Source: Lingula anatina
Taxonomy: Eukaryota > Animalia > Brachiopoda
Direction of reading: 5' to 3'
DNA length: 64,000 bases
Assembly (NCBI GenBank): GCA_051362555.1
Contig: CM120641.1
Location: 48,180,401-48,244,400, forward strand
Part shown: piece by piece, positions 25,856 through 40,389 of the stretch
Position numbering within the stretch: position 1 is the first letter of the stretch
Layout: the number at the start of each line of letters is the position of its first letter
Program-made: the position numbers and the translations under genes
Notes under the pieces: model-generated
What the model saw: the letters and a program-made list of their open reading frames with translations, nothing else
Told to the model about the DNA's origin: nothing
Databases searched by the model: none

Positions 25856-28697
25856 TTATGATACCACACAGCCACTATTATTTCTAGGGTCTTTTCCTGC
25901 ATGCTTGATATCTTCTTCCTTTACAGGTGGGATCTCCTTTCCTTCACCTTTTTCTTTCTCCTGAAATGAAGCAAGATAACTTATATTTTTCTCCACCTAT
26001 ACCCAGACTAACAGGTTATAACCTTAACTATCAATAGCAAAAAGAATTAAAAATCTTGTTTGTGGATCAATGTAATAAAGGGAAGTCAACAGTATTGCAC
26101 TTGTCATAAATTGTGCTATTTTCTGGAAGCCTAAACTGATCATTATGCACAATATGGCAATTTGCACCTTTTACAAATTATAAATTAAGTTCCCCTGCTC
26201 AAATATAATTGGAAGTTGAGTAAGGAAAAAATATGTTGAGGGAATTTTGAAGTTTGGAAAATTCATAGTACTGGTCGATAACTGAATGAAGGAAAATGTG
26301 TAAATTACATATCTAATGACAAATTCCTGATATCTGATATGGTAACAGCCACTGCAATTGTCCTTCATTAAGAAATCTAAAAGACGTATCAAACTTTGCA
26401 CCTTTTCAGGAACAGGTGGGTTGTTTTCCACCTTGAACTCAGCATACACAGCAGGATTCCATGCAGGACTTGGTGGTGGGAACTCCACCTCCTCAGGACT
26501 GGCTAAACCATAGGTGGCCTTCAGTGCCAAGTCTGGTAACTCCTCTGGAACCTTGTGATGGTAGCTGGAATGGGGAAAAGTCAGAAAAATGGATGATTGT
26601 TGCCATTTTTTTCCTTAAAATACAAGGATGTAACTTTGCTTGGTGGTAGCTGATATATAGGGAAAAATTACAGTTGTGGTGATATTTTTTATTGTGTAGC
26701 ACACAACAAACAAGAGTGGTGTACAGAGTGTAGGTACAGGTAAATAGTGATGACAGCTGAAATGTTGTGTTAATTAACTGATTGTTTCCATATTCTATTT
26801 TTCACTTTTCTAATCAACATCTGTTTCATTGATGCACATGGCACACCAAACCCAGCAAGTGTTTAGTTAAGCCAAACCAGTGTGCCCCCAGTTATGTACT
26901 TACATAAACCCATTCTCTCTCTCACATTTCTCCAATGTTCTCTTCACAATGGGGCCTAGTCTCCTGAAGAACAAGTGTTCCTCTGGTCTGGCTGTGGTAC
27001 CTGGACCCTTGGCCTGTTTGTATTCCTTGGCTAGAGCACCTGCCTTCTCATACTCTTATTAAAACAATAGAATATCCAATTAACATGCAGTTTATGCCAA
27101 AGAATTTCGGACTGAAAATCCTATTCAACACCTGCCATGTTTTTATTTTTAGGAAAAATCCTCATAAAATGCAAAAGGTAAAATACTTTAATTTACACAT
27201 TAAGTCTTTGACACAAATCAAAATCTTTTGAATTATACACAAGACTGCTGAAGATCTCGCACAATAAGATTTGTTCATATAGATTTAAAATGAAAAATGT
27301 CATAAATATAACAAACCTTTGACACTTTCTCTCAGACATCTGATTGCCTCTCCACACTTGTCCTGTGCCAGCAGAGTTTCGCCATGATATGAGTACGCCT
27401 GTAGAAAAAAAGGTAAGAGTCTTACATATGTGGTTGTATGATAAAATACACACCATACCATACCATACCATACCATACCATACCATACTATACCATACCA
27501 TACCATGATATGAGTACGCCTATAGAGAAAACTGCGAGTTAAAATTCTTACATGTGTATCTATAGTAAAATACATACCATACCTTACTAATATATGAGTA
27601 TGCCTATAAAGAAAACAAAGGGATTAGAGCAATGTTTTTCCCAGTGAAATGCCCAGCCCTCATTTGGACAGCTACTGGCATCCCCAGACAGCCTTTATCT
27701 GCAAAGATGGCTTGACGGCTCATGAATTTTTTGAAAAATAACGACTTGGACTCCTTGAAATTTTGTAGGAAATTACAGTTGGTATACATACCCTAACCAT
27801 GCCATATCTTATCATGAAGGCATTGTCTCCATACCTACACAATGACACAGTAATCACAATCAACTCATAAATGAAATAAAACCTACTTACATAAGCCATA
27901 TAAAAAGCTCTCTTTAATTGGAGATATTTGCGCCATTTGGTGACTAATCTTTCATCTTCGCCTTTAAGTGAGTCATCTGAAAATATAGCATTTATGATTA
28001 TAATTCTGTCACAGTTTTAATCCACTACTTTAAACTGATGGATCTAGTCCTCATAATGTCATCAGAAATAAACAGAGTTCACTACAAATATCAACTGTTT
28101 GGTATATCAAAGAAGTATGAAGTGCAAAACTCCAATAGATGTTCTTAAGAATTGAGTGCATAAAAAGAGTACAGTGCTTGTTACTTATTAACCGCTTTAG
28201 AAATATCAGTGTTAAAATGACAATGTCAAGGAGTCAAAGAATAAACATATTACCTACAGCTCAACATGTGATATGGCCAACAGACCGAACAGTTTCATTT
28301 TTAAAGCTAAAAGTATGCATAAAATTACACTTGATTTTTTTTAAATGTGAAAGCAGAGCTTTCATAATCTTTACACCAATAACACAGTTACCCACACTTA
28401 CCTGCGCTCTGAAACATGTTTGAGGTTTCAAAAGCCAGAGCAGATATAAGACTAGCAGTGTGCTTCAGTTCCACAGCTCTTGCCAAAGTCACTGAAAGAA
28501 ATTAGTAAAGTTATTACTACAAAGGGACCATAAGTCTACTGAATTATTGTAAAAGTGAAGTAGTTTCTGAGATAACATACAATGGAATTTCTGAGATAAA
28601 ACATGGAGTGATCAATTACATCTGGTCTGTGGACTTCAACTATGTATATTTAGACGGTTGTACAAAATGAAAGACTACACAAAATATTCATTTTCAT

Positions 28698-28733
<36 letters not shown>

Positions 28734-31254
28734 AATTGGTCCATCCCCCCCCCCCCCCCCACACACACACACACACACAACATACCTCAGAAGGCCACAT
28801 GGTATGAAACTATACAAAACTGCACAATACTCTCCTGAAAAAGACTACAACATTCATACCATGTGACAGCTCTCCTCACCTTCCTGTGCCTCTGCTGTAG
28901 ACTGGTGCATATAGGCAGTGACGACCCTGCTGTCCAAATCTGTCCCCTGCTCCGGTGACTCTATCAGACCAGCAATGCACTTGTCCTGGGTTAATAAATG
29001 AAAAACAAATTAATGAATCGTTTCAGTGTAAGTCAGACTTAAATTCTATACTAGAGAACCATCTAAATTGTAGACACTATTGGCCAAACTCAAGAGCTAT
29101 GGTAATGACTCGATCTTTTCAACAGAGAAAAATTATCAATCAAAAATCATCAATCTTTAAATGCACAATTGTGAAATCATTACAAAACATGCTCTGTATA
29201 GCAATATGGGTGATTTTACTGTATAAAATAGATTCAATAGAACTATTTTGTAGCCTACTTTTTAGTTTTGTTGCTACCATTTAATAGGATTGTTCTTATT
29301 TTTATAATGTTCTGTAAATTTCACAATTTCCCCCATTGAAAGATTAAATCAAAAATTAATTAAAATAGCATGGTCCCTATTTGTTTCATTACAAGTTTGA
29401 TCATCTTATACTTCAATTAGCTTATAGCAGTCTTTTCTGTATGAAAAAAGAGCATATGTTCACATAACTCACCCGTAGATGTACAAAAATCCCAGCTGCC
29501 TTTCTTAAGCATGTGTGTACTTCTTTAGCCTCATCCATGCTGGGTCTGGAATTAAACAGAGAGCAGCCTCAGCATGCATTTTAAGATAGGGGATAACTAT
29601 TCAATATTCTACACAAGTTTCTGTGTCCTCACACTTTCTTTCTTTATTTTTTATGTCATACAAAAGTGTGCAAATTCATTAAAAAATGTAAATAGCATTG
29701 AAATATAGAAAATATTGTTATATTCTGTAGTTGTTATTTCTATGATAACATCAAAAAAATTTTTCCCAATATAATTTCTGAGTACATAAAACATCATGTT
29801 AAGGTATTTATAGACATTTTTATTTAAAAAATTATTATTGTTAGAAATTTAAAGCTATTCTTAAAGCTTCCAGCGATACAGTCTGTAGCATTAGACTTTG
29901 ACAACTTATTTAACCTTGTTATTACATAAGACAGCCATGTTAATAAGGCCCAAATAGTGGGAAGAGAAATTGTGAAAGCGAGTTTACAAAGAAAACCCTG
30001 CAGCATAATAACAATTAAAGTCACTCTCAAAGTGTCCTGGTGCAGACTGTATTACTAAAGTATACCGCTCAGTGAAGTTAAAGACAATGTCAAATCTGCT
30101 CACTCATCATTCTCTGCAGCAATTTTAGCTGCATGCTTTGTATACCACAGGGCCACATTTACTGCCATAGAGACAAACTCATACATTGCATCATACTGTG
30201 CCCTGAAAACAAAAACAATAATCATAATAATGATAAATTGCTAAAAAACATATTATCATCATTTAGGCATTAACGACAACATGTCATCATTTATCACCAT
30301 TTCATCATTTATTAAAGTGAATTTGTTTGTAAGAGTTTTTTGTGTGTACAATTAATTCAGAGAAAGAGGACCCATAAAATGTTGTAATATCTGACAGCTA
30401 AATCCTTGTTTCATTTTACCATTTTGATGCATTACATATTCATTCTTCATGTGGAGCTGCATCATCACTTAGAAACAGGTGCTAATTTTAATATTTTTTT
30501 TTTTTCATTATCATAACAGTGACTTAGAAATCAGACTCTTAAAAAAGACAATTGACAACTTACGTAGGAGTGTTTCCAGTCAGTGTGTTGGTCCATCTGA
30601 ACCTAATTATATGTCTGAGTTTGCTCTCTCCTCCTTTTTCATCCACAGCTGTCAAAAACCCTTGTAACAAAGAGAAGTATTCCTTTGCAACGTTGTCTAC
30701 AGTTTCCATGTTCTCATTGGGATTTGACAGGATATCAAGCAGCCGGTTTCTGTGTTGCCTTAAGTCACTGTTGCATGAAATTTAACAAAATATATATCAC
30801 ATATTCCATACTGCTCTAGATCTACCATCTAATATATCTACTACATATTCCAAGAACAATAATAAACAAGACCACTTTTAGATATAGGGTGGTCGACTGT
30901 GAAAGGGGGGGATATGATCATCAATTCGAACCCCTCACGTAGTGTCGGCCTTTCACTATTTCCCGTAATCTCTTAAAATGAGATTTCAGTGTCTTTGAGG
31001 ACAAAATGCTTCCTTAAAGCTGAACACTTAAAACTGTAAGTACAACTCGGTCTCGTGACACTGACAGATCTGCGTTATTTCCTTGTACATTGTGTATCAA
31101 TTTAACATAAATCGAATTCATAAAATTAATCCTCACCAAGTAAGTTAGCTTACCTGCATATTTTACGTGTTGGGCCAGTACTAGTTACCCCTCTAAGGTC
31201 GAACGTGACCGGCGCTGTCGCCTTGATAGGATTCCTATGGAACCAGTGCGCCAT
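25856..31254 (-). CDS. BROX: BRO1 domain- and CAAX motif-containing protein
   Basis: Exons 31154-31254, 30564-30767, 30104-30202, 29473-29545, 28880-28985, 28402-28491, 27891-27976, 27317-27398, 26904-27054, 26402-26564, 25856-25960. Starts [16 protein letters not shown], contains [52 protein letters not shown], ends SGCVVS* (CAAX). Confidence 0.95.
27452..27505. repeat. (CATAC)n microsatellite
   Basis: Read directly from the sequence. Confidence 0.95.
28698..28779. repeat. (CT)n, poly-C and (CA)n simple repeats
   Basis: Read directly from the sequence. Confidence 0.9.
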
Positions 31255-31293
31255 ATTTGTTGTCGATTCTATTTTTGGAAGCAGACGTCCTCG

Positions 31294-31301
31294 TGACGTC
31301 A
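31294..31301. promoter_or_regulatory. CRE/ATF palindrome TGACGTCA upstream of BROX
   Basis: Perfect TGACGTCA 40 nt upstream of the BROX ATG in a locally CpG-rich segment. Confidence 0.55.
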
Positions 31302-32637
31302 TAGCCTAACTCACTGGCTGAGTAGCGTGAGGGGGGTATTAAATCCAAAATAAAAGGACTTTTCTAAATAATTAGGGAATGACAGATGAAAAGTAGAAAA
31401 TTATAAAGAAACATAGTGCAATTTGGGATTTAGGTTAAAAATCCAATGCCCCACACACTTTATAGATTGTCATGAAAAAAGACAATCAATATTGACCCTG
31501 CATTTATTTATGATGACTTCCAATGGGCTGTCAGTCTTTTACAATGATATTTTAAAAATCAATCACCTTTATTATTTATTTATTTCTTTCGGAGTTGAAG
31601 CAAATACAAACATTTCTAGCACTGAAAGACAGATGAAATGGACACATTTAATAATAATATATATATAAGAAAAAAATTGTCTTGATATCCTGATGACACA
31701 AATACCCAACTTGATGGTGTGTCAATCAAGAGGCACACCCGACAACCCACAGCGGTCACGACTTAAACTGTCTTGACAAATATTCTGCTCAGAACTATAA
31801 ATAGACTAGATTACACGGTGGCAAAATAAAACTAATATTACCGTCTTTCAACCATCTGCTGAAGTGTACATGCATGATTGTTTCATTTTAATTTTTACCT
31901 AAACTAGTGATACAAAATCAAATTGATATCAATTTATTGGTACTCTTTTTCATTAAAAATTTTCCTTGTTCAACCAATTTAAGAATTGGTATTGCCAGAA
32001 AATGAATGAACCCAAATCTATTCCTTTTTATAAAAGTTTTATTCATGTAGATCTCACCACTCTACCACCAAGAGAAATTGTGGTGATACAAAACATAAAT
32101 TAACAACAGAGTTTAAATGTCTTTGTAAATTGTATGGCACAGAAGTGTTTTATTTTCTAGAGTAAGCTGCAAATGTTGTTATATTGTATAAAATACCCCT
32201 TTAAGAAAAGTTTTCAATCAAATCTAACAGGAAATAAAATCTTGAACATGTTAATATCATTAAGGACTGTGCTTTCCCCTGCTTCTTTCATAACTTAGGG
32301 TCTTTCTTCAAATGTTCCAAAACAAATCAATTTTTTCATACAATTATCAAAAGAAATAAAACATTTCATATTTATATTTAATATTCAGGATAGGAAAGAA
32401 ATTTGCATCAACACAAGTTTACAGTAAAGTGTTCATCAGTGTCTATCATCAGACCAACCAATATATGAAAAAAGAAAACTAATTTTATTTATTTCCTCAT
32501 AATTATGTCATTTCTAGGAATTAAAATCACATTTGGCAAAAACATTTTCCACATGTTAAAGTTTTCCACACAAGGCACACAGAACCTGTTCCAATCTAAG
32601 TAAAGATTGGTGAATTAGAAGATAACAAGGTTCAGGA

Positions 32638-35600
32638 TTATGCTGATCCATTAATATTATATTTCTCCTTCTTCGATTTGGCAAATTCTAAAGTTCTCTG
32701 AAGTATGGACTTTTCACATATTCTCAACTGCAGGCAAAGTCTTGCATTATCTGACAGAGTGTCACCATCTGAAATCTTGCCATTATCCTAAAACAAGAAG
32801 AATAGGCCTAAGTAGTAATGTGGAGAAAATAACCTAAATAAGCAATGCAGGCTTAGAATAGTAATGGAGAACAGGTTTTAGCTATCTCCAAGTCTGCTAA
32901 ATAAGAAATGAAAATGAAATTGAGATGCACATCGGTATCAATTTTTCAAAAACTTAGATAAAATTAGTTGCATGCAAATGGAACCACTCTAACATAATAA
33001 AAGGTAAAGCTAAAAGGAATGGAATTTGAACAACATTTTTGCCAAATCCAAATCAATGAAGAGAAATAGAAGTAGTTTGCCATTTTTGTTTTGATAAATT
33101 ATTCAAAGCTAGTTTCTGCAACTTCCAACCCCATAACGATTCCCATACTTTAATTTTGACAGTAGAATATCAGCTTACCTCAAAGTTTTGATAAGACCTC
33201 AGCAACAGAGAACATCTTGTTTCTAGAAAACTCCATACTTTCTGTTCTAACTCCTGGGACACGTCTGACTCCAGATCTCCAAGCTTCTCCAGGCATTCTT
33301 CTTCAGAGATCTGCTTTAGTTGTTCTGAAAATGCATTGACACGAGCACATATTCATCCATTGTTTTATAATAACATGAATCTATCTAATAAGATATGCAA
33401 GTGCAAACTAAAAATCTTCTGATTTTCTATTCAGTGAGTGAACACATTTAAGCAAACTTTGTTACACCATAATTCCATTAAACTTTGCATCATGCAAAGA
33501 TAGCAAAACATACAAAGAGTTAGACAATCTTAATTCTATTCATTGTTATCCATTGAAAAAAAGGAAGAACACATTAAGAAGCAGTAAAATCACCTTCATT
33601 CATGTTAAATATCCTAAGAAAAGCCAGCAGTTTGCTATCAACAGGCTGATCTCCACGGTACAAGCTGAACATTCCAGAACTGGAGATTAAAGACAAAATA
33701 ATTAAAAAATCACTCCGGGACCCAGACTTTTTTGCTTAATTAAAATATATAATTAACACATCCCTACAGAACAGTAACAATTTGTGTTGGCAAAGATAAA
33801 TTCTGCTTTTTTCAAGGCTGTGACTTAATTTCAGCTCTGCAATCGATGTTTTTATTATATTTTTTTCCTTGTTTAATGTTGAGTGACAGGGCTTACAATT
33901 CTAAAGTACATCATAATCTGTAACATCTGAACAGTACGTAAGATAAATTAATTCAAAAGAACATGCGTAAATTGAAATTATTATTTTAATACAATTAAGA
34001 GATGCAATCAATTAATATATGCATGAAACAACATTAAAATGTACCAGATTACTTACCCTATTATTCCTAACTTTGTGAGCAAATTTATCTTTAAAGTATA
34101 TAATGGATCATTTTTACTTATCCCTGAAACAAAGAAGATAAATAACTTTTTCTTAACACAAGACATCTTTTAGCATTGCTTTAAAGCCATAATTTAAAAC
34201 TATCACGATACTAGACCCAAAAAATATCCTGTTAAATGTGTTGTCCATACTTCTGCAAATCGCATCATCAAATTTTTGTTTTTTTGTTTTTTTTTTAACA
34301 AAATTCCAAACTACAATCTTGTTTTCCTCTTAAGGGTTGGTATGAAATGGTATAGTATAAAAAGGAGAAAATCAATTATGCAGGCTAAGCAGCAGTATTC
34401 AATTTCTCTGTGGAATCACTTACCTAGTTTTATGTCCAATGTGTCATTCTGGTTGTCTGGGAAGACAAAACCACTGTATAGGAGAAGTTGTGCGTTACTC
34501 CGGGAGCCATAGAAAATGTAGATCTGAAGGCGCAAGAAATTTCAAGACCATCTTAATTCAAACCATTCGTTTTAAGTTGCAATGAGAAATTACAAAAAAT
34601 GTCTGCAGGACAGAAAAACCATTGCTTTTTTACTGCTCTGCCAATTCTGAGTAAACTCGGCCCAAATGGCACTATATTTGTCTGCAATCTCTGCCCCCTA
34701 TGATCATCACACTTCCTTACCTGCTCTCCTTCCTTGAAATTTCTGAGGGCAAAACATTCACTGCAGTCCTTCTCTAAATTGTAATCTGTTGTGAACTAGA
34801 AAATAAAAGGAATAACATGTAGATTACATAGAATCACTTTCAGTTGCCTATCAGACATTTTTCTGTTTTGTTATACAAGAATAACCATTGTAAAAAATAT
34901 CAAATAACTACTACATATGGCAGTGGTCATTTAAAATCAGACAGAGCACAGTAAAAAAACAAAAATATTTAAGAAAAGTGAGATCATTTCATTCACCTGC
35001 CCATTAGTATGATTGCACATGTCCCAGAAGGGAATTAAAGCGTTGATCATCTGCTGCCCATCTGGTGTAGGAATCTGGTTCTGTCTTGTCATTATTGCTG
35101 ACACTGCCCACCTAAAACATTAATAACAGGCTAATAAATGTTTGCAAATACAACAGATAACCATATGCTTGCTTCTATTATGTATTTTCATTGTTGGTCA
35201 TCAAAATATGTAGCACTTTTGGGTCTTCTTACTGCTGCATCTTTCATTTTGTGGTGGCAGAATTGCAATACTATCATATAGTTACATATTTAAATACAAA
35301 TCACAATATTTAAAATTTCATCCTGTTGAACATGGCTGACAACAGAGTAACTTACCCCTTCCTTTTATACTTATCACATTTATCTGTGTCAACATAATTA
35401 CATATACTATAAGGTTATCAGTGACATCTGTCAATATTTTAATATAAAATATACCATAGGTTGTCCCCATTCTCCCAGCACCAATTACAGCTACAGGGGC
35501 CCATGCCATTATTTTATTGTTAAGATAATACACATAGAAAACAATGTGCATTCTGAAGGGGGTGTGAGCACTAAAGAATCCTATCACTCTGTATATCATA

Positions 35601-38600
35601 ATATATTGCCTAAATGATACTTATTTTCCATTTATACTTATTTTCCCTTTATAAAATTACCACATAAGTAGAAATCTACAAGCCAATATGCCTACTGTGC
35701 TTAAGTTCTTTCTTATTCTAATTTAGCACAATTAGTTTTTATCAAATTTGAGACAAAAAATAATTGCCTTGAAGACTAGTTGCCAATATTGCAAAATTTT
35801 AATGCCATATTTTTCAATAAAGAAACATGAAAGTAATGCTTCATATGCACGTTATGGTTATGCTAGGTCCATTCCCAGGTCAATGCACAATATCTAGTTT
35901 CAGGGAATTCATTTCTTCTATCATTCTATATATTTCCTGTTACTTATTCAACTAATTAATTATGCATGCCAAAATGTTAAAGAGTCTACACTGCAGTCCT
36001 GCCACCACACTAAGGCTGTATTCCCAGAGTTTTTAGATCGATCTATCCCCGCGGGAGTCTCACTAGATTACTGTCAGATAATCCGGCTTAAATGTCCGTC
36101 CCGCCTACTACAAGCTGTAAGGGGGTGATTAACATTCCTGTCCGCCCGGCTGACAGCTATTTAGCGTGAACCCCAGGGAGTTAGGTCGATCTAAAGTAGA
36201 TTGATCTAATCTCTGGAAATGGGGTCTAAGTTAACAAACTGGAATCTACTACTCAACAATAAATAAGGACCTGAGTTAATTATAATAATGTCAGCATTTC
36301 CTCATTTTTACCAAATTCTGAGCACTTCAACCTGATTTAAAAGTTTATTTTTATTTTCAGTTTGGTGTCAATCCAATGTTGTTGAAAACCATAATGATCT
36401 ACGGTACCCTCATTTGCACATTAAAAACTTCAAACCAGAGCTCAATCTGATGAATATGAGCCTCCCAAAATAAAGAGATGAGAATGTTTTTCAAACCTGG
36501 AACCCAGAATTAATTTTAAATACTTCTAAAAATCTTTTTTCTGACCCACTGGTTGATATGTTTTGTATAAAGACACAGATTCCAGCAACAAACATGTGCT
36601 GTATCAAACATGTTACTAGCCTAAGGGTGTTCATGCATTGATTTTTCTCATATTACAGTGGCTAAACTACCTGACTAGAGTTAACTGACCAAGAATTCCC
36701 CATAGTGGTAATATACACTCACCAAAACAGTGGATCTGGAAATTATCATCGTCACTCAGTATGAGACATGCATACCCAAGATTTTGGTATATTGTATAAT
36801 TAATAAATGATTCAGGATAATTATTATGCATGAGGTTAAGTATTAAAGAGTCACTTATTTGTATTATGCTTCCTGAATTTACATTATTATTAGGTAAAAA
36901 AACAAACCTATAAGGCTAAAAAACTGAACTCAATATCAGGTCACTCCAATATGTTATGTGTGGTTAAAATAAAAAAAACTTGAACACAATCCTAAGTGGT
37001 TCAGGCAAGTTTTGTGCACTACATCAACCACAGTCCATAGAGTGAATACCTGTAGTCATCATAGGTGAACTGGTGTTTGAGAGGACACTTGCCATCAGGT
37101 AAACCCTAAAACAGAAACATTTCAACATATCAAGCTCAATGTCAACAATCCAACATTTACATCATCAAGAGTTTTTCTTTCTTTTTCTATTTTTAAATTT
37201 CAGAACGAGGCAATTCGCTGACATCATGTGATCGTGTAAATGAATTTTGCAAAATAGAACTTTGGCTTAATAATGAATAAACTTTAGAATGTCACCGATT
37301 TGGCTCAAAAGTATCATTTGACAAATTCTTAATAACTTAAACAAAATATATGAAATCCACAAGCTAGCTTAAGTCTATAAAAAGGACAATTAAATATGGC
37401 AGAACACTTTTATTTCCTTACTTGAAATAACTTGTGAAGATATGCATATTGTCTTGCTATGTGTTTATATTGCTTCAGGACTTCACCTGAAATTATTTTC
37501 ATTAACATGGTATACATATATATTTGTGCATTTACTTTTACTAACATTTGGGCATTATTTTTTATCATCAAGTTGATTCTTTCAAATTTTATAAAACTTG
37601 AACACCTTTTTCTATCCATAATATGTAATGAAATAAATAGCAGAAACCAAACATTTTGAATCTTGACATATTTAACATATCTAACATATCAGAATAATAT
37701 AAAGCACATTAAATCACACTTACTCATGACAGGAGATCCTTTCAGTAACTGGATTTCATCTGGGGTGAAATACAGCGGAGTTGAAAAACTTTCTGGTAGA
37801 GTATCTAATAAAAGTTAAAAATGATGAACTTTGTGAATATCTCTTCATGACTACAAATTCCATAATTTTCCAAATTAGGATAATTTAATGCAACAGTTTT
37901 TAATGAAACCCTTTTCATGGCGTAATGATTTTAAGGAGTTTTCTCTAAATCTCGTTAGCAACACAACTGCTTTTTTTTAGGCAGCTGTATTAACAAAAAC
38001 TGGCTGAATTTCCAAAACTTTGTCATTTACAAACCTTTCCCATATTATGATGTCAGACATTTTTCTGAAATTTAGCAATAATGTCGAGTAATGAACTTTC
38101 AATTCTGTAAAACCACAAATCTAACAATGACCGTGATGTGTTTTTAAAATATTACAGAATACCTATGTAAGGTCTCCATAAGGAATTCACATCACATCTC
38201 TCAATAAGGAGGTGTAAGGCAAGAACCACTGTTGGCATACTCTGCAGTAGTGGATCACTGTCAACAAGTGAACCTGGAAAAATGACAAAGTGAGAGACAG
38301 ACTTACGATTTGTGCACTCAAAAATCCACTTATATCATAATAAAAAGTACTGAACCAAGATCTAATGGAAGACTCTTTAAAAACTTTCAAGGTAACAAAA
38401 TAAAAGTTGAATTTTTGCTAGACAAAAATTTTTGTATAATGGAAATATAAATTTTATATTGCTTATTTTTATCAATCACACAGTCATTATTTAAATACCA
38501 AAGAACTGTTTGCTGTTGTTCTTAACTTTACAATATACCATTAATTATATATACAATAATGTAACCTGTACAATCTGTGCAGAAATTATTATCTGTTGTT

Positions 38601-38601
38601 G

Positions 38602-38634
<33 letters not shown>

Positions 38635-40003
38635 GTTTGCTATTTTCTCACCGAGACATGTTAGTTTAGCAGATTCTGTTGTTAGCATCAATTTCCTGGG
38701 GATGGTCAGGAGGAGCTGACTTTCCTGTAAATCAAGATGTTCATAGGTGATCAAAAAAATTATCACTATAAAAAGACAATCGTACAGATGTGATGTGCAA
38801 CATCTAATATCTACAACAAACAATCATTTTTTGGTGTAAAACATTTTGAATTTTATTTAACAAAGGTACATATTGGTTCTATGGCATGACATCAGTAGTA
38901 AATAACATCAGGCATCCCTTTGAAATCTGTTCTAAAAATCAAAATGAAAATATACAATTTTTTACCTGCACTTCTTTTTTAGCTTCTAATCCATAACCAG
39001 TATGTTCAAACTTTCTGATGCTGACTGCTGTGGTATCTACCCCATTGTCCTTCAGCCAAGTCAAAAATACTGGGAAATGTGTCTCTCTGTCTCCAGGAAG
39101 GAAATTATGACCTGAAAATACACAAAGTGCTCTAACTGTACTATAGAAATGATGCAGCATCTAAGCTACGTGTTATATTGTAATAAAAGGTGATTAAGAT
39201 TTTCAGTAATCTGGGATTATGCACTTGAAATTCATTATTTGCAAATCTTTATGACCTATTTCAAAATCAGTGCTCCACCATAAGGTGCAACTTCCCAGAG
39301 ACTCAGAGACTTAAAATATATCCATCACTTGATTTGTAAGTCACAAACATTAAAGTATTTGTTATTGTTTTAAAAACCATTATAAAATGACAATCACTAC
39401 ATACCCTCTTGTAGCTTTCTGACTTTTTCTACCAAATCGTGAATTTCCAGAAAGTTCCCCCATTCATTCTGTTCACTTGGCTTCACACATTCTGAAAACA
39501 CAGAAACAACTATAATAAGCAAATGAGATTCACTGTGGGGTTCTACTTCTTTTTCTCGCTTCTTTAGTTTTCTCCCAGCTGGTTGGTTTTGATTATTATT
39601 TGCAAGCACCTTTCTCTTTCACTTACTGTATGGCATACATGTACTTGCACTGCAAATTAAACTGTTCTTCTTTCAATATTATTCACAAATTGTAAATATT
39701 ATATAGTAATTTTTCAAGTATATTTTCAACAAAAATTATATCAAAATAAAATCAAATGTAATTGCGCGTTCTATAAAATATGATTTTTCAATACACTCAA
39801 GTGTTTCATTCTTATGTCCTTATAAGGCGAACTTTCATCTGATGCTGCTGTTTGTAAACAACGAGTTGTGCATTTTAAAAAGTCTTACTTTCGAGTAACT
39901 GCTTGGTCAAATCCATCAATTCTTTCCTTTGAGATTTGCTGAGACCACCACTGTCCCCATTTTCATTTGATGCAGCCTTCGAGCGTTTGCTTTTTCTTCC
40001 CAT
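32638..40003 (-). CDS. SETD3: Actin-histidine N-methyltransferase SETD3
   Basis: Exons 39889-40003, 39405-39491, 38966-39111, 38652-38724, 38163-38273, 37724-37804, 37422-37486, 37050-37105, 34997-35111, 34721-34795, 34424-34523, 34057-34123, 33594-33679, 33179-33324, 32638-32787. Motifs MGRKSK, GYGLEA, IPRKLMLT, ARQYAYL, FTYDDYRWAVSAIMTRQNQIP, ALIPFWDMCNHTNG, EQIYIFYGSRSNAQLLLYSGFVF, LGISKNDPL. Confidence 0.95.
36014..36226 (+). mobile_element. MITE family A, copy 3, in SETD3 intron 8
   Basis: Same core as 14545 and 18954; flanked by TAA on both sides (candidate TSD). Confidence 0.8.
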
Positions 40004-40389
40004 TGCTGTAATATCAAGAGAAACCAGTGCACATGCCTTCGCCTAAATACAACCGGTTGTGTAGATGATGTGACGTCATAGTTTTATGCGCTGCTCAGTG
40101 TCGGATATTGACAAAATGTATCTTTAACTTCAAATCTTAAAATCAAAACATATAAATTTCAATAAAAATCAACAAAGCTCTTAAGTTTTTAGACACATGG
40201 CATTATCTTAAAGAATTCGATCAAAATTATCGAAGTGGCCTCTCTTGTTTCCATCTTACGTCATCAATACATGTGCTCCGAAGCTGTTACCGAGAAATGT
40301 GGAGAAATGCTGTAAATGCCGGCTGCCAAGATAAATGACTGTTTAAAAGTTATAAGAGAAGCATAAACGTATTTTTCTACAACGCTTGA
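40004..40389. promoter_or_regulatory. Putative bidirectional promoter of SETD3 and CCNK, including a probable non-coding CCNK first exon
   Basis: ATGs are about 780 bp apart and divergent. CRE TGACGTCA at 40071-40078, CRE-like TTACGTCA at 40256-40263, donor ga|gtaagt at 40390, acceptor ttttttcag just upstream of the CCNK ATG. Confidence 0.65.

Noticed and set aside
27055-27060. AAG acceptor of BROX exon 9
   Set aside because: Less common but still a canonical AG acceptor; the frame is preserved.
36690-36780. Possible snoRNA or cryptic exon in the long SETD3 intron 8
   Set aside because: A donor-like gtgagt is present but no convincing C/D or H/ACA boxes, terminal stem or acceptor.
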